Part shown: in pieces, positions 7,832-17,200 of the stretch
How the letters are laid out: the number at the start of each line of letters is the position of its first letter
Numbering within the stretch: position 1 is the stretch's first letter
Source of the DNA: Armatimonadota bacterium
GTDB lineage: Bacteria; Armatimonadota; Armatimonadia; Armatimonadales; Capsulimonadaceae
Length of the DNA: 64,000 bases
Direction of reading: 5' to 3'
Assembly: GCA_019239955.1 (NCBI GenBank)
Contig: JAFAZD010000348.1
Location: 21,176 to 85,175, forward strand
Notes under the pieces: generated by a model
Database searches by the model: none
The model's input: the letters and a program-made list of their open reading frames with translations, nothing else
What the model was told of the DNA's origin: nothing
Position numbers and translations under genes: made by a program

Positions 7832-8678
7832 CAGCAGTTCTGCCGGTTTTTCCGCTGAGGCGCACGGGCACCGGCGGCGCCCCAAGCGTCCGCGCTCGCC
7901 CGGTCAGGACGTCGAACCTCCCCGGCCTCCCGGCAGGACGCCAGGAAGCACCGCGGTCCGCGGGGACCACCAGGACTGCGTCTGTCGGCAGCGAGTTCAT
8001 CCACCACGAGAGGCCCGGCAACGGCGCGCGGGCATCACCTTCACGCGCGCCCACCCCTACGGCACGACCCACACCGGCGGCACGAACGGCAGACTCACTC
8101 GGTGACTGGAGCGTGGACAGGCGGCTGGTCCGGGCGGGCCGCGAGGCGGGCCCGGGGAGACAGCTCGGCGGCAGCCGCCCCTGCCTCCGGGACGCGGGAG
8201 GCGCGCCGCGGGTGCGTCGTGGTCGGCCAGCGGTCGGCCGGCGTCCTTGGTGAAGCGTGCCATGATGGTCCCCTCCCCCGAGTTCGGCTCCCACTCGCCC
8301 AATACACGCGACATGTGAAACCCACGGGAACGGCCATTGAGCGTCCCCAGACAGCAGCGGAGTGTCCCCGGCCGAGGACTGCGGCGTAAAAAAGCGACGC
8401 GCCGACGCCGCATGGCTTCCCCCAATACTTCGGTCCATGCCGCCGCTCACGGGCCGGGCACGCCCGACCCGTTCCGGGCGGCACTTCAGCCGGCTTGACA
8501 CCGGTCTTGACGCCGGGGACGACTTCGGGGACGATCTGCGCCCTGAATTCAGCGCCGGCCGGACAAAACAGCCTCCGCTTCAACGCCGCCTCCGCTTTGT
8601 GCCCAGGGGATGCTCCCCCCGCGTGACCGTCCGACTTTCGGGGGGCGCGACGTCCGCTCTTTCCCGGGCCGACGAAGG

Positions 8679-9929
8679 TTAGGGGTCTGCGCCTCCGGCC
8701 GCCCCCGCAGCGCCGGATGCGGGCGGCAGGATCGTCAGCGGCAACGTCTCCGGCGACACCTGACCGTTGACGGCGATGGCGACCGCGACCTGCTGGTTCG
8801 GCTGCCAGACCTGTCCGCCCGGAGGCTGGCGCGGGATCAGGAAGTCGACGTGGGTGTCGTCCCAGGCGCGGACGGACGCCGGCGGGATGGGAACGTTGTC
8901 CAGGCGCAACTGCGCGCCGCCCTGCGTGGCGCCGAACCCCTGGCCGGTCAGCGTGACCGAGTCGCCCGGCGCTCCGGTGGCGGGAGAGAGGAGCACGATC
9001 TGCGGGTCGGCGGGCGTCGGCGGCCCTTGAGCCGGGCCACCGGGCGGGACCGTGCCGCCGGGCTGCGCGGTGGTCGCGGTGCCACCGGGCCCGCTGGAGC
9101 CGGCGTCCTCCCTGCTGTGCGGGGCAGCCTTAAGGCTTAGGTAGCCGGCGTGGCTGATGCCGAGCAGCACGACGAAGTCGGACGAGAGCGCCGGCAGGGT
9201 CGTGACGAGGCCAGCGCCGGCGCTGTAGAAGTGCCGGCCGACGGCGAAGGCGTAACAGACGAGGAGGGCGACGGTGAAGAAGAACATCTGCACCTTGCCC
9301 AGGTCGAGGGTGGCGGCGTTGCCCGTCTCCTCGCCGCGGAACATGTCGGAGAACTGCGCGTCGGCCGGGCACTGCTTGTAGACGAGCAGGCCGTCCGGCG
9401 GGTCCGCGTTGACGACTCCGTTGACGCCCTGGTTCCGCAACTGGAGGAAGGTGCTGGCGCGCTCATCGGTGTCCGGAGACTTCCCTTGCTTGTTGCTCTG
9501 GATGAGGCTCTTGCCGACCAGCGAGGCGTTACTGATGCCGAGGGCGTACCACAGCTCCTGCGGGACCCGGACCCCGATGGACGCCATCGCGTCATTCCCA
9601 TTCGCCAGGTTCGACAGCACCGCCGAGACCCAGGCGGAGATGACGACCGCGGTCCAGCAGGATAGCTGGAACCGCGAGAGGCTGATGTGGTTCCGGCTGT
9701 CGATGAACGCGCCCGGCAGGACGCCCTTGAGGCCGTGCCCGGCGACGACCACGAACGCCAGCACCAGGGCGAGGGTGAGCAGCCACTCGTGGGCCCGGGC
9801 GCCCGCGGCGGTGGCGCCGGTTCCGAGCCGGAGCCAGGGAATGGCGGCGATGAGGACGAGGGCCGAACAGAGAAGCAGCGTCGTCCCGATGGTCCAGCGG
9901 GCTGGTGGTCGGCAATCCGCGGTCGTCAT
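8679..9929 (-). CDS. Multi-pass membrane protein with a C-terminal IPT/TIG-like beta domain.
   Basis: Several hydrophobic helices (TLLLCSALVLIAAIPWL, LLTLALVLAFVVVAG, CWTAVVISAWVSAVL, FFFTVALLVCYAFAV). C-terminal SPATGAPGDSVTLTGQGFG. GAGGAGAA Shine-Dalgarno before the ATG. Confidence 0.7.
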   Translation of the reverse strand: MTTADCRPPARWTIGTTLLLCSALVLIAAIPWLRLGTGATAAGARAHEWLLTLALVLAFVVVAGHGLKGVLPGAFIDSRNHISLSRFQLSCWTAVVISAWVSAVLSNLANGNDAMASIGVRVPQELWYALGISNASLVGKSLIQSNKQGKSPDTDERASTFLQLRNQGVNGVVNADPPDGLLVYKQCPADAQFSDMFRGEETGNAATLDLGKVQMFFFTVALLVCYAFAVGRHFYSAGAGLVTTLPALSSDFVVLLGISHAGYLSLKAAPHSREDAGSSGPGGTATTAQPGGTVPPGGPAQGPPTPADPQIVLLSPATGAPGDSVTLTGQGFGATQGGAQLRLDNVPIPPASVRAWDDTHVDFLIPRQPPGGQVWQPNQQVAVAIAVNGQVSPETLPLTILPPASGAAGAAGGADP

Positions 9930-9974
9930 GGGCGTTTCTCCTCGCGGGCGAGCGCGGCCGCGCTCGCCCGCCGG

Positions 9975-10463
9975 TCAATCGGACGCATCGGCCAGGACAT
10001 AGACGTCGGTCGCGTCGTGCCAGGTGAGGCTCCCCCACGCGCGGCGATCCGGGCCGCGGCCGCCGTGGGACTCGATGGTCCACCCCAAATAGATCAGTGT
10101 GACGTGGCCATCCTTGACCTTCGTGCGGCCCCGGAACACCGGGGCCAGGAAGGCGATGCGGACGAGGCCGTCGCCGAGCCCGCCGGCCTTCGGCGAACTG
10201 GGCTCGAACCCGTGGTTGCGCACCCAGTCGTGCTGCCGAACGGACCCGTCGGGGAAGGTGGAGACGGCGGGCCGGATGCCCCGCCAGACTGCTTCCCACA
10301 TGAAGCCGCTGCAGTCGACGTGCTTGAAGTCGACGCCGGGCACGGCCCCGTGGTGCGGGATCTTGTTCCCGTCCGTCACGCCGTAGTTGACCCCCGCCTC
10401 GAGGCAGGCGTCCAGGAATTCGAGGACCTTGCCCATGTCGAGCGGCAGCGTCGTCCAGCCCAT
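9975..10463 (-). CDS. NlpC/P60-like cysteine peptidase (cell-wall-hydrolase fold), no signal peptide.
   Basis: Catalytic Cys context VDCSGFMWEAV and a downstream His in DGHVTLIYLGWTIESHGG. 162 aa. Confidence 0.65.
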   Translation of the reverse strand: MGWTTLPLDMGKVLEFLDACLEAGVNYGVTDGNKIPHHGAVPGVDFKHVDCSGFMWEAVWRGIRPAVSTFPDGSVRQHDWVRNHGFEPSSPKAGGLGDGLVRIAFLAPVFRGRTKVKDGHVTLIYLGWTIESHGGRGPDRRAWGSLTWHDATDVYVLADASD

Positions 10464-10506
10464 ACGCGGTGCCCCTTTCGCGCGGCCACCCTCCGGTTTC
10501 GCGCGG

Positions 10507-12543
10507 TTACTCCTCCGAAGCCGTGGCGGGATCCACGGTGATCGTCACGGGCGCGGCGTTCGGCCCGCCGCCCGCGGATTTTGTCCAGACCCGCCTGTCT
10601 CCGGGGACATGGACGACGAGCACGTACGCCCCGGGTCCCACCCCGGTGAAGCGGAAGCTCTGCCCCCCGTCGCGCAGCCTCTGCGCGTCATGCAGGGACC
10701 GCACGTCCAGGGGCCGCCCGCTCGGTCGGCGCAGTTCCAGGACGACGTTGGCGACCAGTGGCGGGTGGACGAGGACCCTCCCGGACACCACGCCCGGCGC
10801 GGGGCCGGGGCGGGGGCCGGCCGGTGACGGGCGGGGCCGCGGGGCCGGGTTCCCCTGGGGGCGCACCGGTCCCTCCGGCGGGGCCGGCCGTGTTGGCGCC
10901 CGCCGGGCGGGCGGGCGGGGGGTCGGCTGACTGCCGGGCGTCACGCCGCCGGGGGCCGGCAGGACGGGGATCGGGCCGCCGGGGGCGGGCGCGCCGGCCC
11001 CCGGCGGGCGGGCGGGAATCAGGACACGGGTGACACTCCCCGGACCCACCACGACCTTATCCCTCAGGATTATCGCCGCGCGCCCGACGCCGTTGTCGGT
11101 GATCGTGTAGCGGCCGGGCGTGAGGAAGGCTGCGTCGCGGCCGGCGTGGGTCAGGTGCAGCTGCGCCAGGCCGCCCCCCCCGCTGTCGTCCCCCGGGAAG
11201 ACTTTGAGGATTGCCCCCGACGGCCCCTTGACGGCCAGGACGCCGTCGCCGGTGAGGATCTGGCGGCTGGTGTACAGGCCGGTGACCTGCTGGGGGCTGA
11301 CGTTGATGGAGCGCCCGGTCCGGTCGGGCGCGGGCTTGCCGAAGAGCAGCCGCGAGAGGTCGAGGCTGGCGGCGCCGGAGAACTGCGTGCCGGACGTCCC
11401 CTGGCTCGGGAACTGCGGCCCGGCGGAGAGGACCAGCGCCCCGTCGCCGAGAGTCACGCTCGGGCCGACGTAGACCCCCTTCCCGTCGACGACCCCGGCG
11501 GTGACGCCCGGCAGGCCGCCGCGCGACGGCGTCTCCGACAGGAGCGCGTTGACGCCGGTGAGGCTCTTATTGCCGCCCCGCGAGGTGACGATGCCCGCGA
11601 TGGCGCTGACGTGCGGGTTGTTCAGCAGGGCCGTCTCCGCCGGGCCGCTCAGGCTGTCCGCGGATGGCAGTCCGAACAAGAGCAGGAGCGGCTTAAGGGC
11701 GCCGGCCCCCTCCTGGGACGCCGTCTGCTCGCTGGTGGCCTCGTCGGAGAGGCCCTCCTCCTCGGCCGTCGCGGACCGGTCCGCGGCGTGGATGACCGGC
11801 AGGTTGGGATCGGGGAGCAGCGTCATGGTCACCTTCACGCTCTGGGTCGCCCCGTTCTTCGGGTCGAGGGTCAGGCCCACGTCCCGGGCGACGACACTCA
11901 CGTCAAAGACGTAATAGCTGCCGGCGCCGATGGCGTACCGGTGCGGCACGAAGCTCCAGGTGAGCCGCTCGGAGGGGACGGCCTGCGGCGGCAGGGGCTG
12001 CGTGCCGGACACGACCTGGAGCGAGAGTGCGGCGCCGGCGTAGTCCCGGAGGATGTCCAGGACGCGCCGCCGGTCGATGGCCACCTCGCCCGCCTTGAGC
12101 GGGTCCACGCCGTCATCCATGAGCAGGGACAGGAACTGATCGTCACGGAGGTCCCCGCGGAGTTCGGCCATGATCCGGGCCGCGTTCTGGCTCCGGGCTG
12201 GCAGGTCCTGCCGGGTCCCGGCGTTGTACCGCGCGAAGTCGACGTTGCCGATCTCGATCGGCGTCTCCGCCGGCGGCGCAAAGGGCCCCGCCGGGTCATG
12301 AGGCACGATGGGCCAGGTCACCGTCGTCACCGTGTTGACGAGCCTGTCGTGGAGGTCCAATGCGATCTGCCCGACCACGGCCTGGAGGGCGGTGTCCGCG
12401 AGCGCGGCGGGATCGCCCTGGACGGTCGCGGGCGGGCCAGTCTCGCCCCGCAGCGGCAGGGGCAGGGCTGCGGCCAGCGCGACCGCGAGGATTGGCGCGC
12501 CCCCCCAGAGCCATCCCCGGGCCCGTGTCAGGACGTTCGGCAT
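10507..12543 (-). CDS. Large secreted protein of unknown function with a Pro-rich linker and a C-terminal prealbumin/carboxypeptidase-regulatory-like beta domain.
   Basis: ATG at 12543 with AGGAGA Shine-Dalgarno. Signal-peptide-like WLWGGAPILAVALAAALPLPL. C-terminal SGRVLV...FRFTGVGPGAYVLVV. Confidence 0.7.
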   Translation of the reverse strand: MPNVLTRARGWLWGGAPILAVALAAALPLPLRGETGPPATVQGDPAALADTALQAVVGQIALDLHDRLVNTVTTVTWPIVPHDPAGPFAPPAETPIEIGNVDFARYNAGTRQDLPARSQNAARIMAELRGDLRDDQFLSLLMDDGVDPLKAGEVAIDRRRVLDILRDYAGAALSLQVVSGTQPLPPQAVPSERLTWSFVPHRYAIGAGSYYVFDVSVVARDVGLTLDPKNGATQSVKVTMTLLPDPNLPVIHAADRSATAEEEGLSDEATSEQTASQEGAGALKPLLLLFGLPSADSLSGPAETALLNNPHVSAIAGIVTSRGGNKSLTGVNALLSETPSRGGLPGVTAGVVDGKGVYVGPSVTLGDGALVLSAGPQFPSQGTSGTQFSGAASLDLSRLLFGKPAPDRTGRSINVSPQQVTGLYTSRQILTGDGVLAVKGPSGAILKVFPGDDSGGGGLAQLHLTHAGRDAAFLTPGRYTITDNGVGRAAIILRDKVVVGPGSVTRVLIPARPPGAGAPAPGGPIPVLPAPGGVTPGSQPTPRPPARRAPTRPAPPEGPVRPQGNPAPRPRPSPAGPRPGPAPGVVSGRVLVHPPLVANVVLELRRPSGRPLDVRSLHDAQRLRDGGQSFRFTGVGPGAYVLVVHVPGDRRVWTKSAGGGPNAAPVTITVDPATASEE

Positions 12544-12587
12544 GAGCAGGTCTCCTGTTCTTCGTCGGCGGCTTTCCCGGTGGCCGC

Positions 12588-13199
12588 TCACATATTGACG
12601 GCCTTGGTGCAGTAGGCGACGGGGGCGGCCGGGTCCTCGTACAGGAACATCCCGAGCCATGACCCGTCCGCCGCCAGGACCGGGGCGCCGGAGTCCTGCA
12701 TGTTCAACGCGGCATCCTCCGGCAGGCGGACGGTGAAGCCGTCGTCCAGGTCGGGGCCGCCGTCCACTGGGGTGGGGATCGTCCGGGCCGAGTCCGCGAC
12801 CGTCCCAGCGACGGGCCCGGAGGCAGCGCGGATGACGACCTGATCGCCGGATCCCGGTGCCGAGAGCGCCGTCAGGTCCGGCCGGAGGATGCCGCCGGCG
12901 GCGGGCGCGCTCGTGACGCGGACCAGTGCCCGGCCGGTCGTGGCCGCCCCGGCCCCGATCAGCGACTCGACCGCGAACAGGACACCGAGCGCGGAGCCAT
13001 CGTCGCGGACCACGGTGGCACTCTTGACCTGGATCTCCTGGGCCGCCGTCTGGACCTGCGTGTAGACGAGGGCGAGCCCCGACGTAACCACATAGTCCAG
13101 GGCGCTGCCGGGCACGAACGGGCCGACGACGCAGGCCGTACAGAGCGGGCTGTCCCCGATGGGGTGCGTCGCATCCTGCTTTCGTTGAACAAGGGGCAT
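12588..13199 (-). CDS. S1 (chymotrypsin-fold)-like protein that appears to lack the catalytic His (pseudo-protease).
   Basis: MQDSGAPVL serine box. The expected TAAH position reads CTACVV. AGGAGA Shine-Dalgarno before ATG 13199. Confidence 0.55.
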   Translation of the reverse strand: MPLVQRKQDATHPIGDSPLCTACVVGPFVPGSALDYVVTSGLALVYTQVQTAAQEIQVKSATVVRDDGSALGVLFAVESLIGAGAATTGRALVRVTSAPAAGGILRPDLTALSAPGSGDQVVIRAASGPVAGTVADSARTIPTPVDGGPDLDDGFTVRLPEDAALNMQDSGAPVLAADGSWLGMFLYEDPAAPVAYCTKAVNM

Positions 13200-13320
13200 G
13201 GAAGATCTCCTGATCGGGCGTCCCGGATGACGCACCGCGTGTCGAGAGGCGCGTGGCGGGGGCGGGACCCGCGCGTCGGCCATGCGCACACCTGGGCGGC
13301 CGGGCGGCGAGCCCGGACCG

Positions 13321-14067
13321 TCAGCCCTCCGGCGGCAAAATGAGCCGGGCAAGGAACAGTTCCGCGCCACTGACCGCCGGGTTGGTCTGGTCGCAGTCGA
13401 TGCCGTTGCCGTCGGGGCAGTCCTGCGCGAACTGCCAGAGCAGCACCGGAAACGGCAGATCAAAGGCCGGTTCGCAGAAACCGGAGTCCCACTCGGCGAA
13501 CCCTTGGTCGCAGGCATTGTTCCGCAGGCGGGCGACCCACGCCCCGAAGCACGGCGCCCCGGCCGCCTGCGCCTGCCGCAGGGCACGCCACGTCGCGTCG
13601 TCGTGGGTGCGCGCGTACACGCAGGGCAGCAGCTCGAACCGGTCGCCGCTCAGCTCCCGGCTGCGGACACGCAGGGCCGACGCCCACCCGATGAAATAGT
13701 CCGCGGACAGGCTCGGCGGCCCCTCCACGTCGAGGAACACCAGGAACTGGCCCCCCTGGGCCGCGACCGCGTCGGCGCCGAAGGCCGCGACGATCGCCTC
13801 GGCGTTGCCGGCGCCGTCCTCGGCCCCGGTGTCGGCGCCGGACGAGACATGGCCCGTCTGCTGCGCGATCGGGAGCACGCGCAGGCCGTTCGCCCGCAGC
13901 GGGCCGTTCTCCCAGGCGGGCCGGTAGACGGCCGGGCCGGGGATCCCGGGGGACTTGAAATAGCGCCCCCAGAACCGGGGAGTCTCGCCGAAGAAGTCGC
14001 GTGCCAAGTCGAGCAAATGCCCCGCGAACGGCACGGAGCTGTCCGCGCCGGGTATCCCGACAGCCAT
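13321..14067 (-). CDS. DUF1906 / Rv2525c-like glycoside-hydrolase-fold protein, no signal peptide.
   Basis: FWGRYFKSPG...GLRVLPIAQQTG...FLVFLDVEG pattern. GGGAGG Shine-Dalgarno. First gene of the five-gene operon. Confidence 0.65.
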   Translation of the reverse strand: MAVGIPGADSSVPFAGHLLDLARDFFGETPRFWGRYFKSPGIPGPAVYRPAWENGPLRANGLRVLPIAQQTGHVSSGADTGAEDGAGNAEAIVAAFGADAVAAQGGQFLVFLDVEGPPSLSADYFIGWASALRVRSRELSGDRFELLPCVYARTHDDATWRALRQAQAAGAPCFGAWVARLRNNACDQGFAEWDSGFCEPAFDLPFPVLLWQFAQDCPDGNGIDCDQTNPAVSGAELFLARLILPPEG

Positions 14068-14248
14068 GGTCTGGCCTCCCTGAGGGCCCTCCGGCCCTCC
14101 CCAACCCTGCGGTCCTCGAACGGGAGGATGATCCCCCTGTCCCCCGCGCGTCCGCCGGGGCCGGCAGGCACTTGGCCCACGCCGCCGGGGTCCAGCGGCG
14201 GATCGGCTCGCGGCCCGCGCGCCGAGCCGCCTCCCGGCACCGTCCCGG

Positions 14249-17200
14249 TCAGGCCTGCCCCCCCGGGTCCGGCCCCCCCGCCCGGGGACGCAGGCGCTGG
14301 GCCAGCGCCGGGTCCAGCAGGGCGGCCCGCTCCGCCGCCGCCTCGAACTCCGCCAGCCGCCCCTGCCGCCGGCACAGCTCCGCCAGACCCGCCCACGACG
14401 GCCCGAACCCCGGCTCCTGCCCGACCGCCGCCCGCCACTGCGCCTCCGCCTCCGCCCACCGCCCCATGTCCTGGTACACCAGCGCCAGGTTGTGGTGCGC
14501 CTTGAACCCCGTCATCGACACATCCAGGCTGTCGATGTGGCCCACCTCCCGGTCCGTCAGCAGCCTTAAGTAACTGGCCTCGGCGGCGGCCAGGTCGCCC
14601 GCCTGGTGGTGGAGAACCCCGGCCCGGAACAGCAGCTCCGGGTCCCGCGGGTACAGCGCCAGTCCCTGCTCCGCCCGCGCCACCGCCCCCGCCACGTCGC
14701 CCTGCCCCTGGAGGCACCCCGCCAGCATCGCGTAGACCTTGCGCACCGTGGACTCCTGGGGCCGACTCAGCGCCAGGCACCGCTCCAGCGCCGCCCGCGC
14801 CCGGTCGTACTCCTTCATGTGGAAGGCCGTCATCCCGATGTTGAACAGCACGAACGGGTGGTCCGGCCGGTCCCGCAGGTCCAGCTCCAGCAGCCGCAGG
14901 TCCCGCGCGCGCTTCCGGCGCTGGCCCTCCGGGCTGTGGTCGTAGCCGGAGTGGACCACGTACAGGTCGGTGCGCTCGACCTGGCTCCCGGCCCGGTAGA
15001 TCGGCTCCAGGATCTGCTCGTGGATGCGCCCCTCGAAGCGCAGGCCCAGGCCGTTGCGGAACAGCTTGACGTGGTCGACGACCGTGCAGCCGGCCTCCCC
15101 CGGACCGGGCGGGATCTGCACCTGCACGATCAGGCCCGCGGTGCGCTCCGGCGCCCGCAGCGCCAGGTCGTGGAGCCGCCGCCCGCAGTCCTCCGGGAGG
15201 GTGTCGTCGGCGTCCATCCAGAAGATCCAGTCGCCGGTGGCGTGGGCCAGCGAGGCGTTGCGCGCGGCCGAGAAGTCGTCGCACCAGGCGAAGGACTCGA
15301 CGCGCGCGCCGTGCGCGCGCGCGATCTCGGGCGTGCGGTCGGTGGAGCCGGTGTCCACCACGACGACCTCGTCCACCCAGGGGCAGACGCTCCGCAGGCA
15401 GTCACCGAGGACGCGCTCCTCGTCCCGGACGATCATGCACAGCGAGATGGTCGGGCCGCCGTGGCGGCGGGCGGGCTCCAGTCGGGTGTCCTCCCCGGCC
15501 CGGACGGCGGCCGGCGGCCGCCACTGGACCGGCAGGGCGGGGAGCGGCGGGGCCGTCACCGGTCGGGGCGGCGCTTCCGCAGGCGGTGGGCCGGGCCTCT
15601 CCCGCCCCGGCGGGCCCTCGCCCCTCGCCGCGCGGCCGCCCTCGGGTTCAGCGCCCGTCGGCGCGAGCCCGGTCCACCCCGGGACGGCCCGGGACCGCAG
15701 GTCGCCCAGCAGCCCCGCCGCCGCCGCGGCCGAGTGCCCCCACGTCCACCCCGACGCCACCCGCCGGGCCGCCGCCTCGCCCTTGCGCCGCGCCAGCCCG
15801 GGGTCCTGACGCACCTCCCGCAGCAGCCCCGCCAGGTCGTCGGGGTCCACCTCGAACATCCAGGGCAGCCCCACGCACTCCCACGGCCCGACCCGCCCTT
15901 CCGGGCACGGCCGGCGGGCCGCCGCCACCCGCCAGCCCACGGCCTCGTCCACGAAGTCGTCGGTCGGCCCCCCGGCCGGCACGATGACCGGCGTCCCGCA
16001 GGCCATCGCCTCCAGCGCCGGCAGGCAGAAGCCCTCCCCCCGGTAGGGCGCCACCAGGCAGTCCGCCGCCGCGTACACCCCCGCCAGCCGGTGCGCCGGC
16101 AGCTCCTCGTCCAGGTAGACGACCCGCGGCATCGCCGGGTCGGCGATCATCTCCCGGATGCGGGCCGCCTCGTTCTGGTCCCGGTAGACGGTCCGCGTGC
16201 CCGTGTCCTTGACCACCAGGGCCACGGCGTCCGCCGGGCCGAAGGCGCGCCGGTAGGCCTCCAGGAGCACGTCCGCCCCCTTGCGGTGGATCGTGCCCCC
16301 CACGTACAGGAACACGAACCGGCCGCGCAGGCCCTCCGGGGTCTCCGCCGCCCCGGCCTCGGTCGTGAAGACGTAGGGGGGCGCGTCCGGGCGGAAGACG
16401 GACGCGTCCACGCCCAGCGGCAGCAGGCGCAGCCGCGCCTCCGCCACCCCGCTCGCCCGGTAGACCTCCCGGACGTAGCGGCTGTAGCACCAGACCTCGG
16501 CGACGTGCGCCGCGATCTGCGGCACCCACTCCCGGGGCAGGTAGCCGTACTCCCAGGGCTGGACCAGCACGAGGCGCCCCTCGTCGGCGGGGCCGAGCCG
16601 GGGCGGGAAGCCGTGGCGCACATGCACGTCGGCGGGGCCGGAGAGCGGCGCGAACGCCCGCGCCGCCAGCCGCGCCAGGCGCGGGTCCCCGTCGGGGCCG
16701 AACTCGGGCGCCTCGGTCGGGCAGACGGACAGCTCCACGCCGGGGGGACCTACCAGTGCCGGGTCCAGCAGCCCCAGGCACAGCTCCCGGTTGACGTGCG
16801 CCAGGCTGTGCCACCGCAGCTGCGCCCCCTCCCAGCGCACCCGGATGGGGACGGCGTCAGGCGGGGAGACGTGGGGCGGCCCGGTCGCCCCCGGGGCCTG
16901 CGACGCGCCGGCCCCGGGGGCGGCGGGGGCCATCACCGGGTGCGGCGTGTGCCGCGCGCGCACCTGCGCCGCGGCCGCCGCCACCAGCGGCCCCACCGCC
17001 GCCCGGCTGAAGTGTGCCGCCACGTGCCGCCGCGCCCGCTCGCCCAGCCGCCCCGCCTCCTCCCGGTCCGCGACGACCCGCCGCATCAGCGCGCGCAGGT
17101 GCGCGGCGCGCGGCTCCGCCCAGCGGTGCCCCCGGTACGCCGGCACCTCCCGCCACCCCCGCTCCGGCACGTCGGCCAGGTCGTAGTCGACCAGCAGGCT

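Noticed and set aside
8057-8265. 68-aa minus-strand ORF (MARFTKDAGRPLADH...) preceded by a strong GGGGGAGGGGA SD-like run.
   Set aside because: The translation is low-complexity Pro/Arg/Gly with no hydrophobic core pattern. The purine run alone is insufficient evidence. The 7583-8678 region is left as unexplained ORF-poor DNA.
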